This document shows, in pieces, positions 9,887-20,224 of a stretch of 64,000 bases of DNA (its first letter is position 1; every line of letters begins with the position of its first letter). Below the pieces are notes generated by a model, which was given only the letters and a program-made list of their open reading frames with translations, had not been told where the DNA came from and made no database searches. The stretch comes from an uncultured Acidobacteriota bacterium (lineage in GTDB: Bacteria; Acidobacteriota; Thermoanaerobaculia; UBA5066; Gp7-AA6). The stretch lies in contig CAVTEW010000001.1 in assembly GCA_963733955.1 (NCBI GenBank), positions 745,639 to 809,638 of the forward strand, read 5' to 3'. Position numbers and translations under genes: made by a program.

Positions 9887-10857
9887 AGGTCTCCGTCGTC
9901 GTGCCGGTCTACAACGAGGAGGCCAACCTCGAGGAGTTCCTGCGCCGGGTCCTCGCGGTGATGGACGCGGCCGGCCGCCCCTACGAAATCATCCTGGTCG
10001 ACGACGGCAGCCGCGACCGGTCGCTCTCGATCCTCAAGGCGCAGGCCGCCGCGCGGGGCGACGTGGTCCGCGTGCTCGAGCTGTCGCGCAACTTCGGGCA
10101 GCACCAGGCCATCCTGGCCGGATTCCGGGACGTCGCCGGGGACGTCGTGATCACGCTCGACGCGGACCTCCAGAATCCGCCCGAGGAGATCCCCAAGCTC
10201 CTCTCCAAGTACGAGGAGGGCTACGACGTTGTCGGCGGCGTGCGCAGGAACCGCCAGGATTCCTCTGTCCGCAAGCTGGCCTCGGCCATCGTCAACCGGG
10301 TCACCGCCTCGATGACGCGCATGAAGCTGACCGATTTCGGTTGCATGCTCCGGGCCTACTCGCGCGACGTGGTGGAAGAGATCAACCATTGCGACGAGGC
10401 CTCGACGTTCCTCCCCGCCCTCGGGCAGAGCTTCGCCCGGCGCCCGACCGAGGTCGAAGTGGCCCACGCGCCCCGCACCGGCGGGGAGTCCTCGTATTCG
10501 CTCTACCGGCTGGTACGATTGAACTTCGACCTGATGACCGGGTTCTCCTCGGTCCCCATCCAGGTCTTCGGCATCCTGGGAACCCTGGTGGCGGCGGGGG
10601 GCATCGCCTTCGGCCTCTTCCTGTTCGTCCGCCGCCTGGTGGTGGGCGCGGAAGTCGAAGGGGTCTTCACCCTGTTCGCGATTCTCTTTACTCTTCTGGG
10701 AATCGCCATGGCCGGCCTGGGCATCGTGGGGGAGTACGTGGGGCGCATCTACGAGCAGGTGCGCGGGCGGCCGCGCTTTTCCGTGCGCCGCGCGTACGGC
10801 CTGCGCGCCGAGCCGAGGCCGGAGCGCCGCGAGTCCGCGGCGGAGGAGGCGCGATGA
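9883..10857 (+). CDS. arnC: Undecaprenyl-phosphate Ara4FN transferase (GT2)
   Basis: VVVPVYNEE, VDDGSRD, RNFGQHQA, DADLQNPPEEIP, DFGCMLRAY, GEYVGRIY. Confidence 0.85.
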   Translation: MKVSVVVPVYNEEANLEEFLRRVLAVMDAAGRPYEIILVDDGSRDRSLSILKAQAAARGDVVRVLELSRNFGQHQAILAGFRDVAGDVVITLDADLQNPPEEIPKLLSKYEEGYDVVGGVRRNRQDSSVRKLASAIVNRVTASMTRMKLTDFGCMLRAYSRDVVEEINHCDEASTFLPALGQSFARRPTEVEVAHAPRTGGESSYSLYRLVRLNFDLMTGFSSVPIQVFGILGTLVAAGGIAFGLFLFVRRLVVGAEVEGVFTLFAILFTLLGIAMAGLGIVGEYVGRIYEQVRGRPRFSVRRAYGLRAEPRPERRESAAEEAR

Positions 10858-11774
10858 CGCGGATCGCCGTCTTCGCCTATGCCGACGTCGGGCACGCCTG
10901 CGTGAAGCTTCTCCTCGACCGCGGCGAGAACGTCGTCCTCGTCGCGACGCACGCCGACGACCCCGCGGAGACGCGCTGGTTCGACAGCGTCGCCGACCTG
11001 GCCCGCGGGCACGGCGTCGAGCCGGTGGTGTTCGGGGAGGCCGGCGGAGCCGCCGCGCTCGCGCGGGTGCGGGCCGCGGCGCCAGACCTGATCTTCTCCT
11101 TTTACTATCGCGACCTCCTCCCCGCGCCGCTTCTCCAGGCGGCGCGCCTGGGCGCCTTCAACATGCACGGCTCTCTGCTGCCGAGGTACCGCGGGAGGGC
11201 GCCGGTCAACTGGGCGGTCGTCAACGGCGAGACCCGGACCGGGGCGACGCTGCACGTGATGACCGAGAAGGCCGACGCCGGCGACATCGTGGACCAGGAG
11301 GCCGTGGTCATCGGTCCCGACGACACCGCTCTGGACGTGCAGCGGCGGGTGACCGCCGCCGCGATGGAGATCCTGGGGCGGCGCCTGGAGGACGTCAAGG
11401 CCGGGCGCGCGCCGCGGCGTCCGCAGAACGAGGCGCTGGCGACGACGTTTCCGCGTCGCCGTCCCGAGGATGGGCGCATCGAGTGGAGCAAGAAGGCCTC
11501 AGAGGAGGTCCACAACCTCGTGCGGGCGGTGACCCACCCCTATCCCGGCGCGTTCTCGGACGTGCTCGGCGCAGGGCGCGTCACCATCTGGAAGACGCGG
11601 GTGCCCAACCTGGCCGCCCACGATAACTTTCCGGGCCAGATCCGCCAGGAGCAGGGGCATCTCTACGTCGCCTGCGCGGACGACCACTACGTCGAGATTC
11701 TCTCTCTGCAGCGCGAAGGGGGGCTCGAGGTCGCGGCCCAGGACTTCCGGATCGACCTGCGGGACACCCGATGA
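10854..11774 (+). CDS. UDP-L-Ara4N formyltransferase (ArnA N-terminal domain as a separate gene)
   Basis: [42 protein letters not shown]. Confidence 0.85.
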   Translation: MTRIAVFAYADVGHACVKLLLDRGENVVLVATHADDPAETRWFDSVADLARGHGVEPVVFGEAGGAAALARVRAAAPDLIFSFYYRDLLPAPLLQAARLGAFNMHGSLLPRYRGRAPVNWAVVNGETRTGATLHVMTEKADAGDIVDQEAVVIGPDDTALDVQRRVTAAAMEILGRRLEDVKAGRAPRRPQNEALATTFPRRRPEDGRIEWSKKASEEVHNLVRAVTHPYPGAFSDVLGAGRVTIWKTRVPNLAAHDNFPGQIRQEQGHLYVACADDHYVEILSLQREGGLEVAAQDFRIDLRDTR

Positions 11775-12799
11775 GGGTGCTCATCCTGGGAGTCAACGGG
11801 TTCATCGGCAACGCCCTGACCGAGCGGATCCTCTCGACGACGGAGTGGTCCGTCGCCGGCCTGGACGTGGGCAGCGACAAGATCGCGCCCTTCCTCGGGC
11901 ACCCCCGCTTCACCTACCTGGAAGGCGACATCGCCATCAACAAGGAGTGGATCGAGTACCAGGTCAAGCGGTGCGACGTCGTGCTGCCCCTGGTCGCGAT
12001 CGCGAATCCCTCCCTCTACGTGCGGCAGCCGCTGGCGGTCTTCCAGCTCGATTTCGAGGAAAACCTGCGCATCGTCAAGCAGGCCGTGCAATACAAGAAG
12101 CGGGTTGTGTTCCCCTCGACCTCCGAGGTCTACGGGATGTGCCCCGACGCGGAGTTCGACGAGGAGAGCTCGCCGCTGGTCTACGGGCCGATCCACAAGC
12201 AGCGGTGGATCTACTCCTGCTCCAAGCAGCTGCTCGACCGCGTCATCTATGCGTACGGGGAGGGCGAGGGACTCGACTACACGCTCTTCCGCCCCTTCAA
12301 CTGGTTCGGCCCGCGCCTGGACGACGTCGACTCCCCCAAGGAGGGGTCGAGCCGGGTCCTGACCCAGTTCCTGCACAACATCCTCTACGGCCTGCCCATC
12401 AAGCTCGTGGATGGCGGCACGCAGCGCCGCGCGTTCACCTACATCTCCGACGGCATCGACTGCCTGATGAAGATCCTGGAGAACGAGGGAGGGCGGGCCG
12501 ACCGGGGCATCTTCAACATCGGCAATCCCCGCAACGACCTGTCGGTCCGGGAGCTCGCGGAAAAGCTGATCGCCGCGGTCGCCGCGCACCCAGGGTACGC
12601 GGAGAAGGCCCGGGCCACGCAGATCGTCGAGGTCTCGTCGGGTGACTATTACGGCCGCGGCTACCAGGACATCATGACCCGCGTTCCCTCCATCCGCCGC
12701 GCGCGCGCGATCCTGGGATGGGAGCCGAAGGTGGACATGGACGAGGCCCTGCGGCGCACGGTCGACTTCTATCTCGAAAAACGACCCTCGCGGCCGTGA
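11771..12799 (+). CDS. arnA: UDP-glucuronate 4-dehydrogenase/decarboxylase (ArnA C-terminal domain)
   Basis: [58 protein letters not shown]. Confidence 0.9.
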   Translation: MRVLILGVNGFIGNALTERILSTTEWSVAGLDVGSDKIAPFLGHPRFTYLEGDIAINKEWIEYQVKRCDVVLPLVAIANPSLYVRQPLAVFQLDFEENLRIVKQAVQYKKRVVFPSTSEVYGMCPDAEFDEESSPLVYGPIHKQRWIYSCSKQLLDRVIYAYGEGEGLDYTLFRPFNWFGPRLDDVDSPKEGSSRVLTQFLHNILYGLPIKLVDGGTQRRAFTYISDGIDCLMKILENEGGRADRGIFNIGNPRNDLSVRELAEKLIAAVAAHPGYAEKARATQIVEVSSGDYYGRGYQDIMTRVPSIRRARAILGWEPKVDMDEALRRTVDFYLEKRPSRP

Positions 12800-13851
12800 G
12801 CCGCCGGCGGCTGTGGTTGCTCGCCGCCGCGATCCCGGCGGTGTGCCTTCGGGTCCGCCTGCTCTGGAGCTTTCCCGGCAACTACGACACCGAGTCGTAC
12901 CGGGAAGTGCTGGCGATTCTGCGGCGCGGCGGCAGCGTGTACGCGGAAACGGCCCGGTATAACTACTCCCCGATCTGGTGGAACGCGCTGCGTCTCTGCG
13001 ACGGGCTGGGCCGGCGGTGGAGTCTGCCGTTGCCGACGAGCGTCGGCCTCCTGCTCCTGGCCGTCGATCTGCTCACCGCGGCCCTGCTTGCCCGGATGGC
13101 GGGCCGGTCCGGATCGCGATGGCCCGAGGGGGCCGCGCTCCTGTTCCTCTGGAATCCGGTCTCCGTGCTTCTGTCGAGCTGGCACGGCCAGTTCGACAAT
13201 CTGGCGATCCTCTTTCTGGTCGCGGCGGTCGCCCTGGCGCGGCGGGAGAAGGACGGCCGGTCCGTCCTCGCGCTCGCGGCGTCGCTCCTGGCCAAGCACC
13301 TGGCCTGGTTCCATCCCCTGCTGTTCGCGCTCCGAAAGGAGAACCGCCATCGCCTGGCCACCGCGGCCGTCCCGTACGCGCTCTTCGCCGCGTCCTTTCT
13401 TCCCTTCGCTCGGGACTGGCCGGGGATCCGCCGCCATGTGCTGGCCTACGGCGGCCTGGGGGGGCTGTATGGAACCGACGTGATTCTCCTGTTCTCCGGC
13501 GTGCCCTTCTGGGCGCCTCGGGTCCTGTTCGCGGCCGGATCGCTCGCGGCGATCCGGCTGCTTCGCGGCGTGGAGATCGGGCGCGCCAGCCTGATTCTCC
13601 TGATCGTGACGCTGCTGCTCGTTCCGGGAATCGGCCAGCAGTATTTCGTCTGGCCCATCGCCCTGGGGTCGCTCGTTCCGAGCGCCGGCTACCTGATCTA
13701 CACGGTGATCACCGCGCTCTTCCTGATCGGCTCTCCCCGGGGCCTGGGGGTCGCTTCGCCGCTCCTGCCCGGGTGGTACGGACCGTGGTGGGCCGCTCTG
13801 GCGTGGCTTCTCCTGGAGATTCGCGGCCTGCGCGCTCGGAGGACGGCGTGA
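12796..13851 (+). CDS. GT87/PIG-M-like GT-C membrane glycosyltransferase, paralog 1
   Basis: GTG overlaps the upstream stop. Early YD motif, [27 protein letters not shown]; ~10 TM helices. Confidence 0.65.
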   Translation: MSRRRLWLLAAAIPAVCLRVRLLWSFPGNYDTESYREVLAILRRGGSVYAETARYNYSPIWWNALRLCDGLGRRWSLPLPTSVGLLLLAVDLLTAALLARMAGRSGSRWPEGAALLFLWNPVSVLLSSWHGQFDNLAILFLVAAVALARREKDGRSVLALAASLLAKHLAWFHPLLFALRKENRHRLATAAVPYALFAASFLPFARDWPGIRRHVLAYGGLGGLYGTDVILLFSGVPFWAPRVLFAAGSLAAIRLLRGVEIGRASLILLIVTLLLVPGIGQQYFVWPIALGSLVPSAGYLIYTVITALFLIGSPRGLGVASPLLPGWYGPWWAALAWLLLEIRGLRARRTA

Positions 13852-14768
13852 CCGCGGCGCGCGTGGTCTTGAAGATCGATTGCGACACCTACGTCGGAAC
13901 GCGCGAGGGCGTGCCGCGGCTCCTGGAGATCCTGGGACGGCGGGGAATCCGGGCGACCTTCTTCTTTTCCTTCGGGCCGGACCGCTCCGGCGTCGCCGCG
14001 CGGCGCGTCTTCACACGGCCGGGGTTCCTCAAGAAGATGCTGCGCAGCCGCGCGGCGTCGCTCTACGGCTTTCCGACCGTTCTCTACGGAACGCTGCTGC
14101 CGGCGCCCCGGATCGGCGCGCGCTGCGAGGAAATCCTGCGCGCGGCCGCCGCGCAGGGGCACGGGACGGGCGTCCACGCGTGGGACCATGTCGGCTGGCA
14201 CGACGGCCTCGACCGCTGGAGCGAAGCCAAGATCCGCGAGCAGGCCGGGCTGGCCCACGCGGCTTACGAAGGCGTGTTCGGCCATCCGGCGGCCGCCGCG
14301 GCGGCGGCGGGCTGGACGGTCAATGACCGCTCGCTCGCGATCGAAGACGAGCGCGGCCTGCTCTACACGTCCAACACGCGCCGCGGCAAACCGTTCTTCC
14401 CGCGCGCCGGAGGTCGCGCGCTGCGCACGCTGGAAATTCCGACGACGCTCCCGACGCTGGACGAGACGCTCGGCCGCCCCGGCCTTCCCGACGACGCCGC
14501 GCAGCGGCGCCTGTTCCGCGAGGCCGCGCGGGGCACGCAGATCCACACCCTCCACGCCGAGGTCGAGGGCCGGTCCAAGGCCGCGCTCTTCGCGGGGATC
14601 CTGGACGACTGGCTGGCCGCGGGCGTCGTCTTTCCGACGCTCGAGGAGATCGCCCGCGAGGAGCTGGCCCGCCGCGCGGACGTCCCGTTCCGGGCGATCG
14701 TGCGCGCGGCGGTCTCCGGACGCGGCGGAACCGTGGCCACGGGATGGCCGGAGGAGACGGGGCCTTGA
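13848..14768 (+). CDS. arnD: Und-P-Ara4FN deformylase (polysaccharide deacetylase family)
   Basis: LKIDCDTYVGTREGVPRLL, ATFFFSFGPD, YGTLLPAP, HAWDHVGW, EIPTTLPTLDE, HTLHAEVEG. Confidence 0.88.
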   Translation: MTAARVVLKIDCDTYVGTREGVPRLLEILGRRGIRATFFFSFGPDRSGVAARRVFTRPGFLKKMLRSRAASLYGFPTVLYGTLLPAPRIGARCEEILRAAAAQGHGTGVHAWDHVGWHDGLDRWSEAKIREQAGLAHAAYEGVFGHPAAAAAAAGWTVNDRSLAIEDERGLLYTSNTRRGKPFFPRAGGRALRTLEIPTTLPTLDETLGRPGLPDDAAQRRLFREAARGTQIHTLHAEVEGRSKAALFAGILDDWLAAGVVFPTLEEIAREELARRADVPFRAIVRAAVSGRGGTVATGWPEETGP

Positions 14769-15907
14769 AGAAGCCGGCGGTCCGGGGCGCCCTTTTCGCC
14801 GTCGCCGGCTTCGCCGCGGCGCTGGCGATCCGGTCGGTGTTCCTGGCCCGGCTGACCGAGGGGTACGACATCACCTCCTGGAAGATCGCGGTCGAGATCC
14901 TGGAGCGGGGCGGACACCTCTACCGGGAGACCAGCCGGTACAATTACTCGCCCTTGTGGGCCGGAATCCTGGTCGTTCTCGACCGGATCGGGAGGCCGCT
15001 GTCCCTCTCGCTCGAGCGGATGGTGTCGCTCTTCCTCCTCGCCGTCGACGTGGCGACGGCCCTGCTCCTGCGGACCCTGGCGATCGAAAAGGGCTGGAGC
15101 CCGCGGCGGGCCCTGGCCGCGTCCCTGGTCTTCTTCGCCAACCCCGTCTCCGTGATCGTCTCCAGCTACCTCGGCACGTTCGACAACCTCTCGATCCTCT
15201 TTCTGCTCCTGGCCCTGCGGTGGGCGGCCCGGCGGCCGGCTTCGGCCGTCGCGGTGACCGGGTCTCTGTCCTTGTCTCTCCTGGCCAAGCACGTGACCTG
15301 GTTTCACCCGATCGTGTTCGCGCAGCCGCGCGGGGGGCGCGCACGGTTCTCCTGGATCACGGCGATCTGCCCCTACCTCGTGTTCCTCGCGTCGTTCCTG
15401 CCGTTCTGGCGGGAGTGGGACGCGATCCGCGCACACGTGTTCGGCTACCGCAGCCTCGATGAGCCGTACGGCCTGGAGCCTCTGCGCTTCGTGCCCTGGC
15501 TGCCGCGGGAGACGACGACCATCCTGATGGTGCTGGCGGCGCTCGCCACGGTGGCGCTCTGCCGCAACGTCGAGACCGGCCGCGCGAGCCTCCTGCTCTT
15601 CCTGGTGCTGCTCCTCTTCGCGCCGGGCATCTGTCCGTACTATTTCGTCTGGCCGATCGCGCTCGGCGCGCTCTACCCGAGCGCCGGCTACGCGGTCTAC
15701 ACCGCCGTCGTCACGGCCTTCCTGGTGCACTCTCCCGACGGCCTCGGCGTCGAGCTGCCGCACCTGCCCGGTTGGTCAGGGCCGTGGTGGGCGCTGGTGT
15801 TCTGGCTCCTGTGGGAGATCCGAAGCTTGTCGCGGGAGCGCCTGGTCCGACGGGAGACTCCCGCCGCGGTCGCCGCGCCCGGGGCGGGCGATCAGCGCGA
15901 GAGATAA
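14765..15907 (+). CDS. GT87/PIG-M-like GT-C membrane glycosyltransferase, paralog 2 (start 14765 TTG or 14744 ATG)
   Basis: Colinear similarity to 12796-13851 ([49 protein letters not shown]). Confidence 0.65.
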   Translation: MKKPAVRGALFAVAGFAAALAIRSVFLARLTEGYDITSWKIAVEILERGGHLYRETSRYNYSPLWAGILVVLDRIGRPLSLSLERMVSLFLLAVDVATALLLRTLAIEKGWSPRRALAASLVFFANPVSVIVSSYLGTFDNLSILFLLLALRWAARRPASAVAVTGSLSLSLLAKHVTWFHPIVFAQPRGGRARFSWITAICPYLVFLASFLPFWREWDAIRAHVFGYRSLDEPYGLEPLRFVPWLPRETTTILMVLAALATVALCRNVETGRASLLLFLVLLLFAPGICPYYFVWPIALGALYPSAGYAVYTAVVTAFLVHSPDGLGVELPHLPGWSGPWWALVFWLLWEIRSLSRERLVRRETPAAVAAPGAGDQRER

Positions 15908-18256
15908 GAGCAGCAGAGCCGCGCACGCCTGCATCCAGACGCCGATCTGGAACGGCCGCGGGTCGTACGCGAAGTCGATCCGGTGCCGGCCGGCGGGCAC
16001 GGCGACGGCGAGGTCCCTCCCGTTGGCGATCAGGACGGGCGCCGGGCGGCCGTCCACCCGCGCTTTCCAGGCCGGGAAATAGGTTCGGGAAAACACGGCG
16101 TAGCCCGCGCCGGACGCGTCGACCGTCGCCGCGGCGCCGGCGGGCTCGACCCGCACGGCCGAGAGGGCCGCGGCCGCGGCGGCTGCCCGTGGATCGCGGT
16201 CGCCGCGGCCCGGGAGCACCACGTCCGAGGAAGGGGAAAAGGCGCCCGAGCGGATGAGCTCGAACGCGCCGGAGAGCGACTTGCGCCAGTAGGCGCGTCC
16301 GGCCCATCTCAGCTCCTGCGCCGGCTCGGAGAGGCTGGAGAGAACCAGCCGCCGGCCGGCGATCACGACGCCGGTGACCGGCTGACCTCCCGGGAGCCGG
16401 TGGTCTTCCTCCTCGAGGATCCACCGCGCTCCGAACGCTCGCAGCAGGCGCTCCGCCTGCGCGGGCGTCGACGCGGCGAGCACCTCGTCGGCCACGCGAT
16501 TGCAGAATCCGTACGAGCCGTCCGGGTCGGCGTCGAAGAGATACCGCGCCCCGAACGGCGCTCCCGTGGCCGGGATGAGCTCCTCGACCTGCACGCGGGC
16601 GAACTGGCCGAGCCGGGGCGGGAGCTCCGGATGGGCCGTTCCGGAGACCAGCACGTTGAGCTCCGGGAGCTCGGGGGAGACGTAGAGCCGTCCCGGTCCA
16701 CCCATCGAGGCCAGGAGCGCGGGCGGGCGCTCGAGGTCTTTTTCGTCGCTGGAGACGAAGAGCGGCAGCCCCCAGGGGAGAGCCAGAACGAGGACGGCCA
16801 ATCCCACCCAATAACCCTGGCCGGGCCTGCGCCGCGCGGCCAGAGCCGCGGCCACGACCGCCACCGCGGCCAGGCCGAGCAGGGCGTCTCCGCGGACGCT
16901 CGCCCGGATCGCCGCGAGGAGGACTTCGGACCGGGCCTTGAGACCCGCGAGCAGCGGCAATGCCGCACGGTCCAGCGGACCTCCCGCGCCCGCGGCGATC
17001 CACGCGGCGGCATAGAGGGCGCTCGCCGCAGCCAGCAGGATCGCCTGCCGCCACCCGGCCCGCCGGACTCGCCAGAACTCCGCGGCCAGCCCGGCCAGCA
17101 GAGCGACGCCGATCGTCGTCAGCAGGTAAAACTTGATCGGGTAGCGCAGCCGACGCATCCAGTCGATCGAGAAGAGCATCCGGTAGAGCGGGAACGCCGA
17201 GCCCAGGGCGTAGAGGAGCGCCGCGATCGTCCCCGCCGCGAGCCAGCGCGCGCGCCGATCCCAGAAGTCGCGAGAGAGGCCGGCGGATCCGATCAAGAGC
17301 AACGGCACGACGCCAAACGTCACGCACCAGATGTACACGAGGTCCCCGGCGTGGAGGGCGTACTGCCAGTGGCCTCCCGCGCCGAGCGCTCCGGGATCGC
17401 CGGAAAATCGAGGAAAGAGCCACTCGATGGCCCGCCAGGGAGAAAACGGTGACGCGCCGAAGGCGCGCTCGGAGTAGAGGTGCTGTCCGCGGTAGGTGAA
17501 CTTGACGATCGCCGACAGGGGGAGGAGCAGCGGCGCGGCAACCGCCGCGGCGCCGGCTCCCGACGCCAGGGCGCCGAGGACGAGAAGCCCGAGGCGCCGG
17601 CTCCGTTTCCCCGGGGCGGCCGCGACACGGCCAAACGCCAGGGTTCCGGCGAAGAGGAGCGTCAGGAGCGAGATCGCCGGCTCGCCGGCGAGCAGCTGGA
17701 GCCCGAAGGCGAGGGCCACGGCAGCCGCGGCCCGCGCGCGCCGGCGCGGCCGATCCGCCGCGGCCAGATCGAGCGAGGCGGCCGCGCACCAGGGAAGCCA
17801 GGCCGCCGCGGCGGCCGAGTTGAGGAAGGCGGACCCGTAGGACAGCATCATGCCCGAGAAGGCGTAGGCGACGCCGGTCACGAACGCGGCGCCGGGAGAC
17901 AGGCGCAGCCGCGAGCCAAGGGCGCGCGCGCCGAAGAAGGCCCAGAGCACGTGCAGGAGGTAATGGAGGTTGAAGGCCGCGGCCGGGGGAAACACCGTCT
18001 CCAGGAGAACGGTCGGGTAGAGCAGCACGGCGTTGGGATTGGCCAGGAGCGGCTCGCCGCCGGACGCGGAGGCGTTGACGAACGGCGCCCGGCCGGCCCT
18101 CCACTGCTCCATGGCCACGCGCCGCCAGGGCCAATGCGTGATCTGCGCGTCCCGGAAGACGATCCGCCGGGATCCCAGGAGCTCCGGCAGGAGGGGAAGC
18201 AAGAAGAGCAGCATCACGGCGGCGGCGAAGAGCGCACCCCGGGTGCGAGAGCTCAT
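15776..18256 (-). CDS. YfhO-family membrane protein (GT-C), paralog 1
   Basis: FRD...HWP...G..P..N....GGEPLLANPN...YP N-terminus, LRYPIKF, TYFPAWKARVDG...VPAGRH C-terminus. Confidence 0.75.
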   Translation of the reverse strand: MSSRTRGALFAAAVMLLFLLPLLPELLGSRRIVFRDAQITHWPWRRVAMEQWRAGRAPFVNASASGGEPLLANPNAVLLYPTVLLETVFPPAAAFNLHYLLHVLWAFFGARALGSRLRLSPGAAFVTGVAYAFSGMMLSYGSAFLNSAAAAAWLPWCAAASLDLAAADRPRRRARAAAAVALAFGLQLLAGEPAISLLTLLFAGTLAFGRVAAAPGKRSRRLGLLVLGALASGAGAAAVAAPLLLPLSAIVKFTYRGQHLYSERAFGASPFSPWRAIEWLFPRFSGDPGALGAGGHWQYALHAGDLVYIWCVTFGVVPLLLIGSAGLSRDFWDRRARWLAAGTIAALLYALGSAFPLYRMLFSIDWMRRLRYPIKFYLLTTIGVALLAGLAAEFWRVRRAGWRQAILLAAASALYAAAWIAAGAGGPLDRAALPLLAGLKARSEVLLAAIRASVRGDALLGLAAVAVVAAALAARRRPGQGYWVGLAVLVLALPWGLPLFVSSDEKDLERPPALLASMGGPGRLYVSPELPELNVLVSGTAHPELPPRLGQFARVQVEELIPATGAPFGARYLFDADPDGSYGFCNRVADEVLAASTPAQAERLLRAFGARWILEEEDHRLPGGQPVTGVVIAGRRLVLSSLSEPAQELRWAGRAYWRKSLSGAFELIRSGAFSPSSDVVLPGRGDRDPRAAAAAAALSAVRVEPAGAAATVDASGAGYAVFSRTYFPAWKARVDGRPAPVLIANGRDLAVAVPAGRHRIDFAYDPRPFQIGVWMQACAALLLLSLALIARPGRGDRGGSLPSDQALPRQASDLPQEPEHQRPPRP

Positions 18257-18296
18257 GCGCAGAGTGTACCGGCTCGAAACGACGTCAATGGGTTTA

Positions 18297-19910
18297 ATGT
18301 TGCGGCACCGAGGACCGCACACGTTGCAGCACGAACGTTCCCGCGCCGGCGCGCTGGTCGTGGCCGCATTCGGCCTGACGACCCTCCTGTTCTCCGGGCA
18401 ATTTCCGCCCTTCGCCAATCCCAACGAGCTCTCGCGGCTGGAGACGGTCTACGCCGCGGTCGAGCACGGAACGCTCTCCATCGACCGGGCCATCCCGATC
18501 CTCGGAGACCACGAGGACAAGTCGGTCTCCGGCGGCCGCTTCTACTCGAACAAGGCGCCCGGCCTCGCTCTGGCGGCGATTCCGGTCTACCGGCTCCTGA
18601 GGATCTTCCTTCCGCGTCCAACGTCGGCCGGCGCCACAATATTCGTATTGTTACGGATCCTGGTGGTCTCGTCGGTGTGCTGGATCGCTCTGGCCCTGTT
18701 CCGGCGGCGGCTCGGCTCGGGCCCCTGCGCCACGATGGCGGCTTTCGCGGCGGCGTTCGGGACGCCCTACCTCTTCTACGCCCGGACGTTCTTCTCCCAT
18801 GCCTGGACCGCCGCGCTCCTCTGGATCGCCTGGGAGCTCGTGCGCGTGGCCGAAGAGAGGGAGCATCGGTCGCGCGTCGAGCTCCTGAGGGTGGGCGCGG
18901 GGTTTCTGGCCATGTGGTCGGCGATCACCGAATACCCGTTGGCCGTCCTGGTCCTGGCGCTGGCCTGGCGCGTCTGCTGGCGCCGCTCCGTTCGTCCGCT
19001 GGCGTGGTTCGCCCTCGGCGCGGCCGTGCCGGTGGCGGTCCTGGCCGCTTACAACGCGGCCTGTTTCGGATCCCCGTTCGTCCTCTCCTCGGCGCGGGAA
19101 GCGAGCTCCCTGTACGCTCGGCTCGACGCCGGCGCGCTCTTCGGATTTTCCCTGCCGCGCCCGGCCGTGGCCTGGCGCTACCTGGCCGATCCGAGCCGCG
19201 GCATGCTCCTCTTTTCGCCCTTCCTGCTCTGGGCCGCGCCCGGATTCTGGCGCGGCGTGCGCGGCGGCGAGCCCGACGCGCGCTTCGCAGCCGGGGCGGC
19301 CCTCGTCTATTTCGTGGTGATGACGGGATACGCGAACTGGCACGGCGGCTGGTCGCTGGGAGACCGCTATCTGCTCCCCGGACTGTTCCTGGCCGCCGCC
19401 GCGCTGCCCGACGCGCTGCGCTCGCCCTGGTCGCGGGTCCTCTTCGTCGCGGCGGCAGTCTGTTCCGCCGCGGTTCACCTGGCGCTCACCCTCAGCTGGC
19501 CGCACTTCCCGCCCGGCTTCGCCTGGCCGGCCGGCAACGGCTCCCTGTGGTTCCTGGCGCGCGGTTGGGTGGCCCCGGGCTTCCCGGGCCGCTGGGGAAT
19601 GGCGCCGCCGGTCCTCGCCGGCCTCGCCACGCTCGTCGCCGGTGTCGCCTCCGTCCGATCGGCCGGCGGCGGCGCGGTGCGGACCGCGACGGGCGCTGCC
19701 GTCGGAGTCCTGCTGGCCCTCGCGCTGGTTCTGGCGCGGCCGCAGCCGCCCTTCGGAGCGCGGCTCTGGCGGGCCGCGGTGTTCGGCGCCTATTCCGGCC
19801 GCGACCCGGAGCGCCGCGAGCTGCGCGACGTCGCCCTCTCCGCGCGGGACCCGGGCGAACGGCGCCAGGCCATGGGAGCCTGGCGGATCTACGGACCGCC
19901 GCGGCGCTAG
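18297..19910 (+). CDS. Polytopic membrane protein, probable GT-C glycosyltransferase (start uncertain, 18288-18324)
   Basis: NPNELSRL, FYSNKAPG, FYARTFFSH, WHGGWSLGDRYLLP; >10 TM helices. Confidence 0.6.
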   Translation: MLRHRGPHTLQHERSRAGALVVAAFGLTTLLFSGQFPPFANPNELSRLETVYAAVEHGTLSIDRAIPILGDHEDKSVSGGRFYSNKAPGLALAAIPVYRLLRIFLPRPTSAGATIFVLLRILVVSSVCWIALALFRRRLGSGPCATMAAFAAAFGTPYLFYARTFFSHAWTAALLWIAWELVRVAEEREHRSRVELLRVGAGFLAMWSAITEYPLAVLVLALAWRVCWRRSVRPLAWFALGAAVPVAVLAAYNAACFGSPFVLSSAREASSLYARLDAGALFGFSLPRPAVAWRYLADPSRGMLLFSPFLLWAAPGFWRGVRGGEPDARFAAGAALVYFVVMTGYANWHGGWSLGDRYLLPGLFLAAAALPDALRSPWSRVLFVAAAVCSAAVHLALTLSWPHFPPGFAWPAGNGSLWFLARGWVAPGFPGRWGMAPPVLAGLATLVAGVASVRSAGGGAVRTATGAAVGVLLALALVLARPQPPFGARLWRAAVFGAYSGRDPERRELRDVALSARDPGERRQAMGAWRIYGPPRR

Positions 19911-20221
19911 CAAGCTGCTGAAAAATGATTGCGGGCGTCGCGTCAGGGCTTTTGCAACTCGCAGCGAACCGAGAAGCTTGCGTTCACCCGATCGCACCGT
20001 TGGAGGATAAGAGTCGCATCGCCGCGAGCAAAAGCCCCGCCGCCGCAAGCGGTTGCGGCGGCGCGGGGCCGTCTCCGTCGCGTCGCCGCTCGACTGTCTC
20101 GAGGGACGCCTCGCCGGCGTCGGATGCGCCCCCGGACACGAGTCGCGTCGCGGCTCGCATCCGTCATCCGATTCGGCGGCGCTCGCAACGCCGCTCCACA
20201 TCCTTTTCAGCAACCTGCTAG
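19907..20221. mobile_element. MITE-like non-autonomous element (~310 bp) with terminal inverted repeats
   Basis: CTAGCAAGCTGCTGAAAA (19907) vs TTTTCAGCAACCTGCTAG (ending 20221), 16/18 inverted match. CTAG at both ends; no credible CDS inside. Confidence 0.7.
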
Positions 20222-20224
20222 CTG

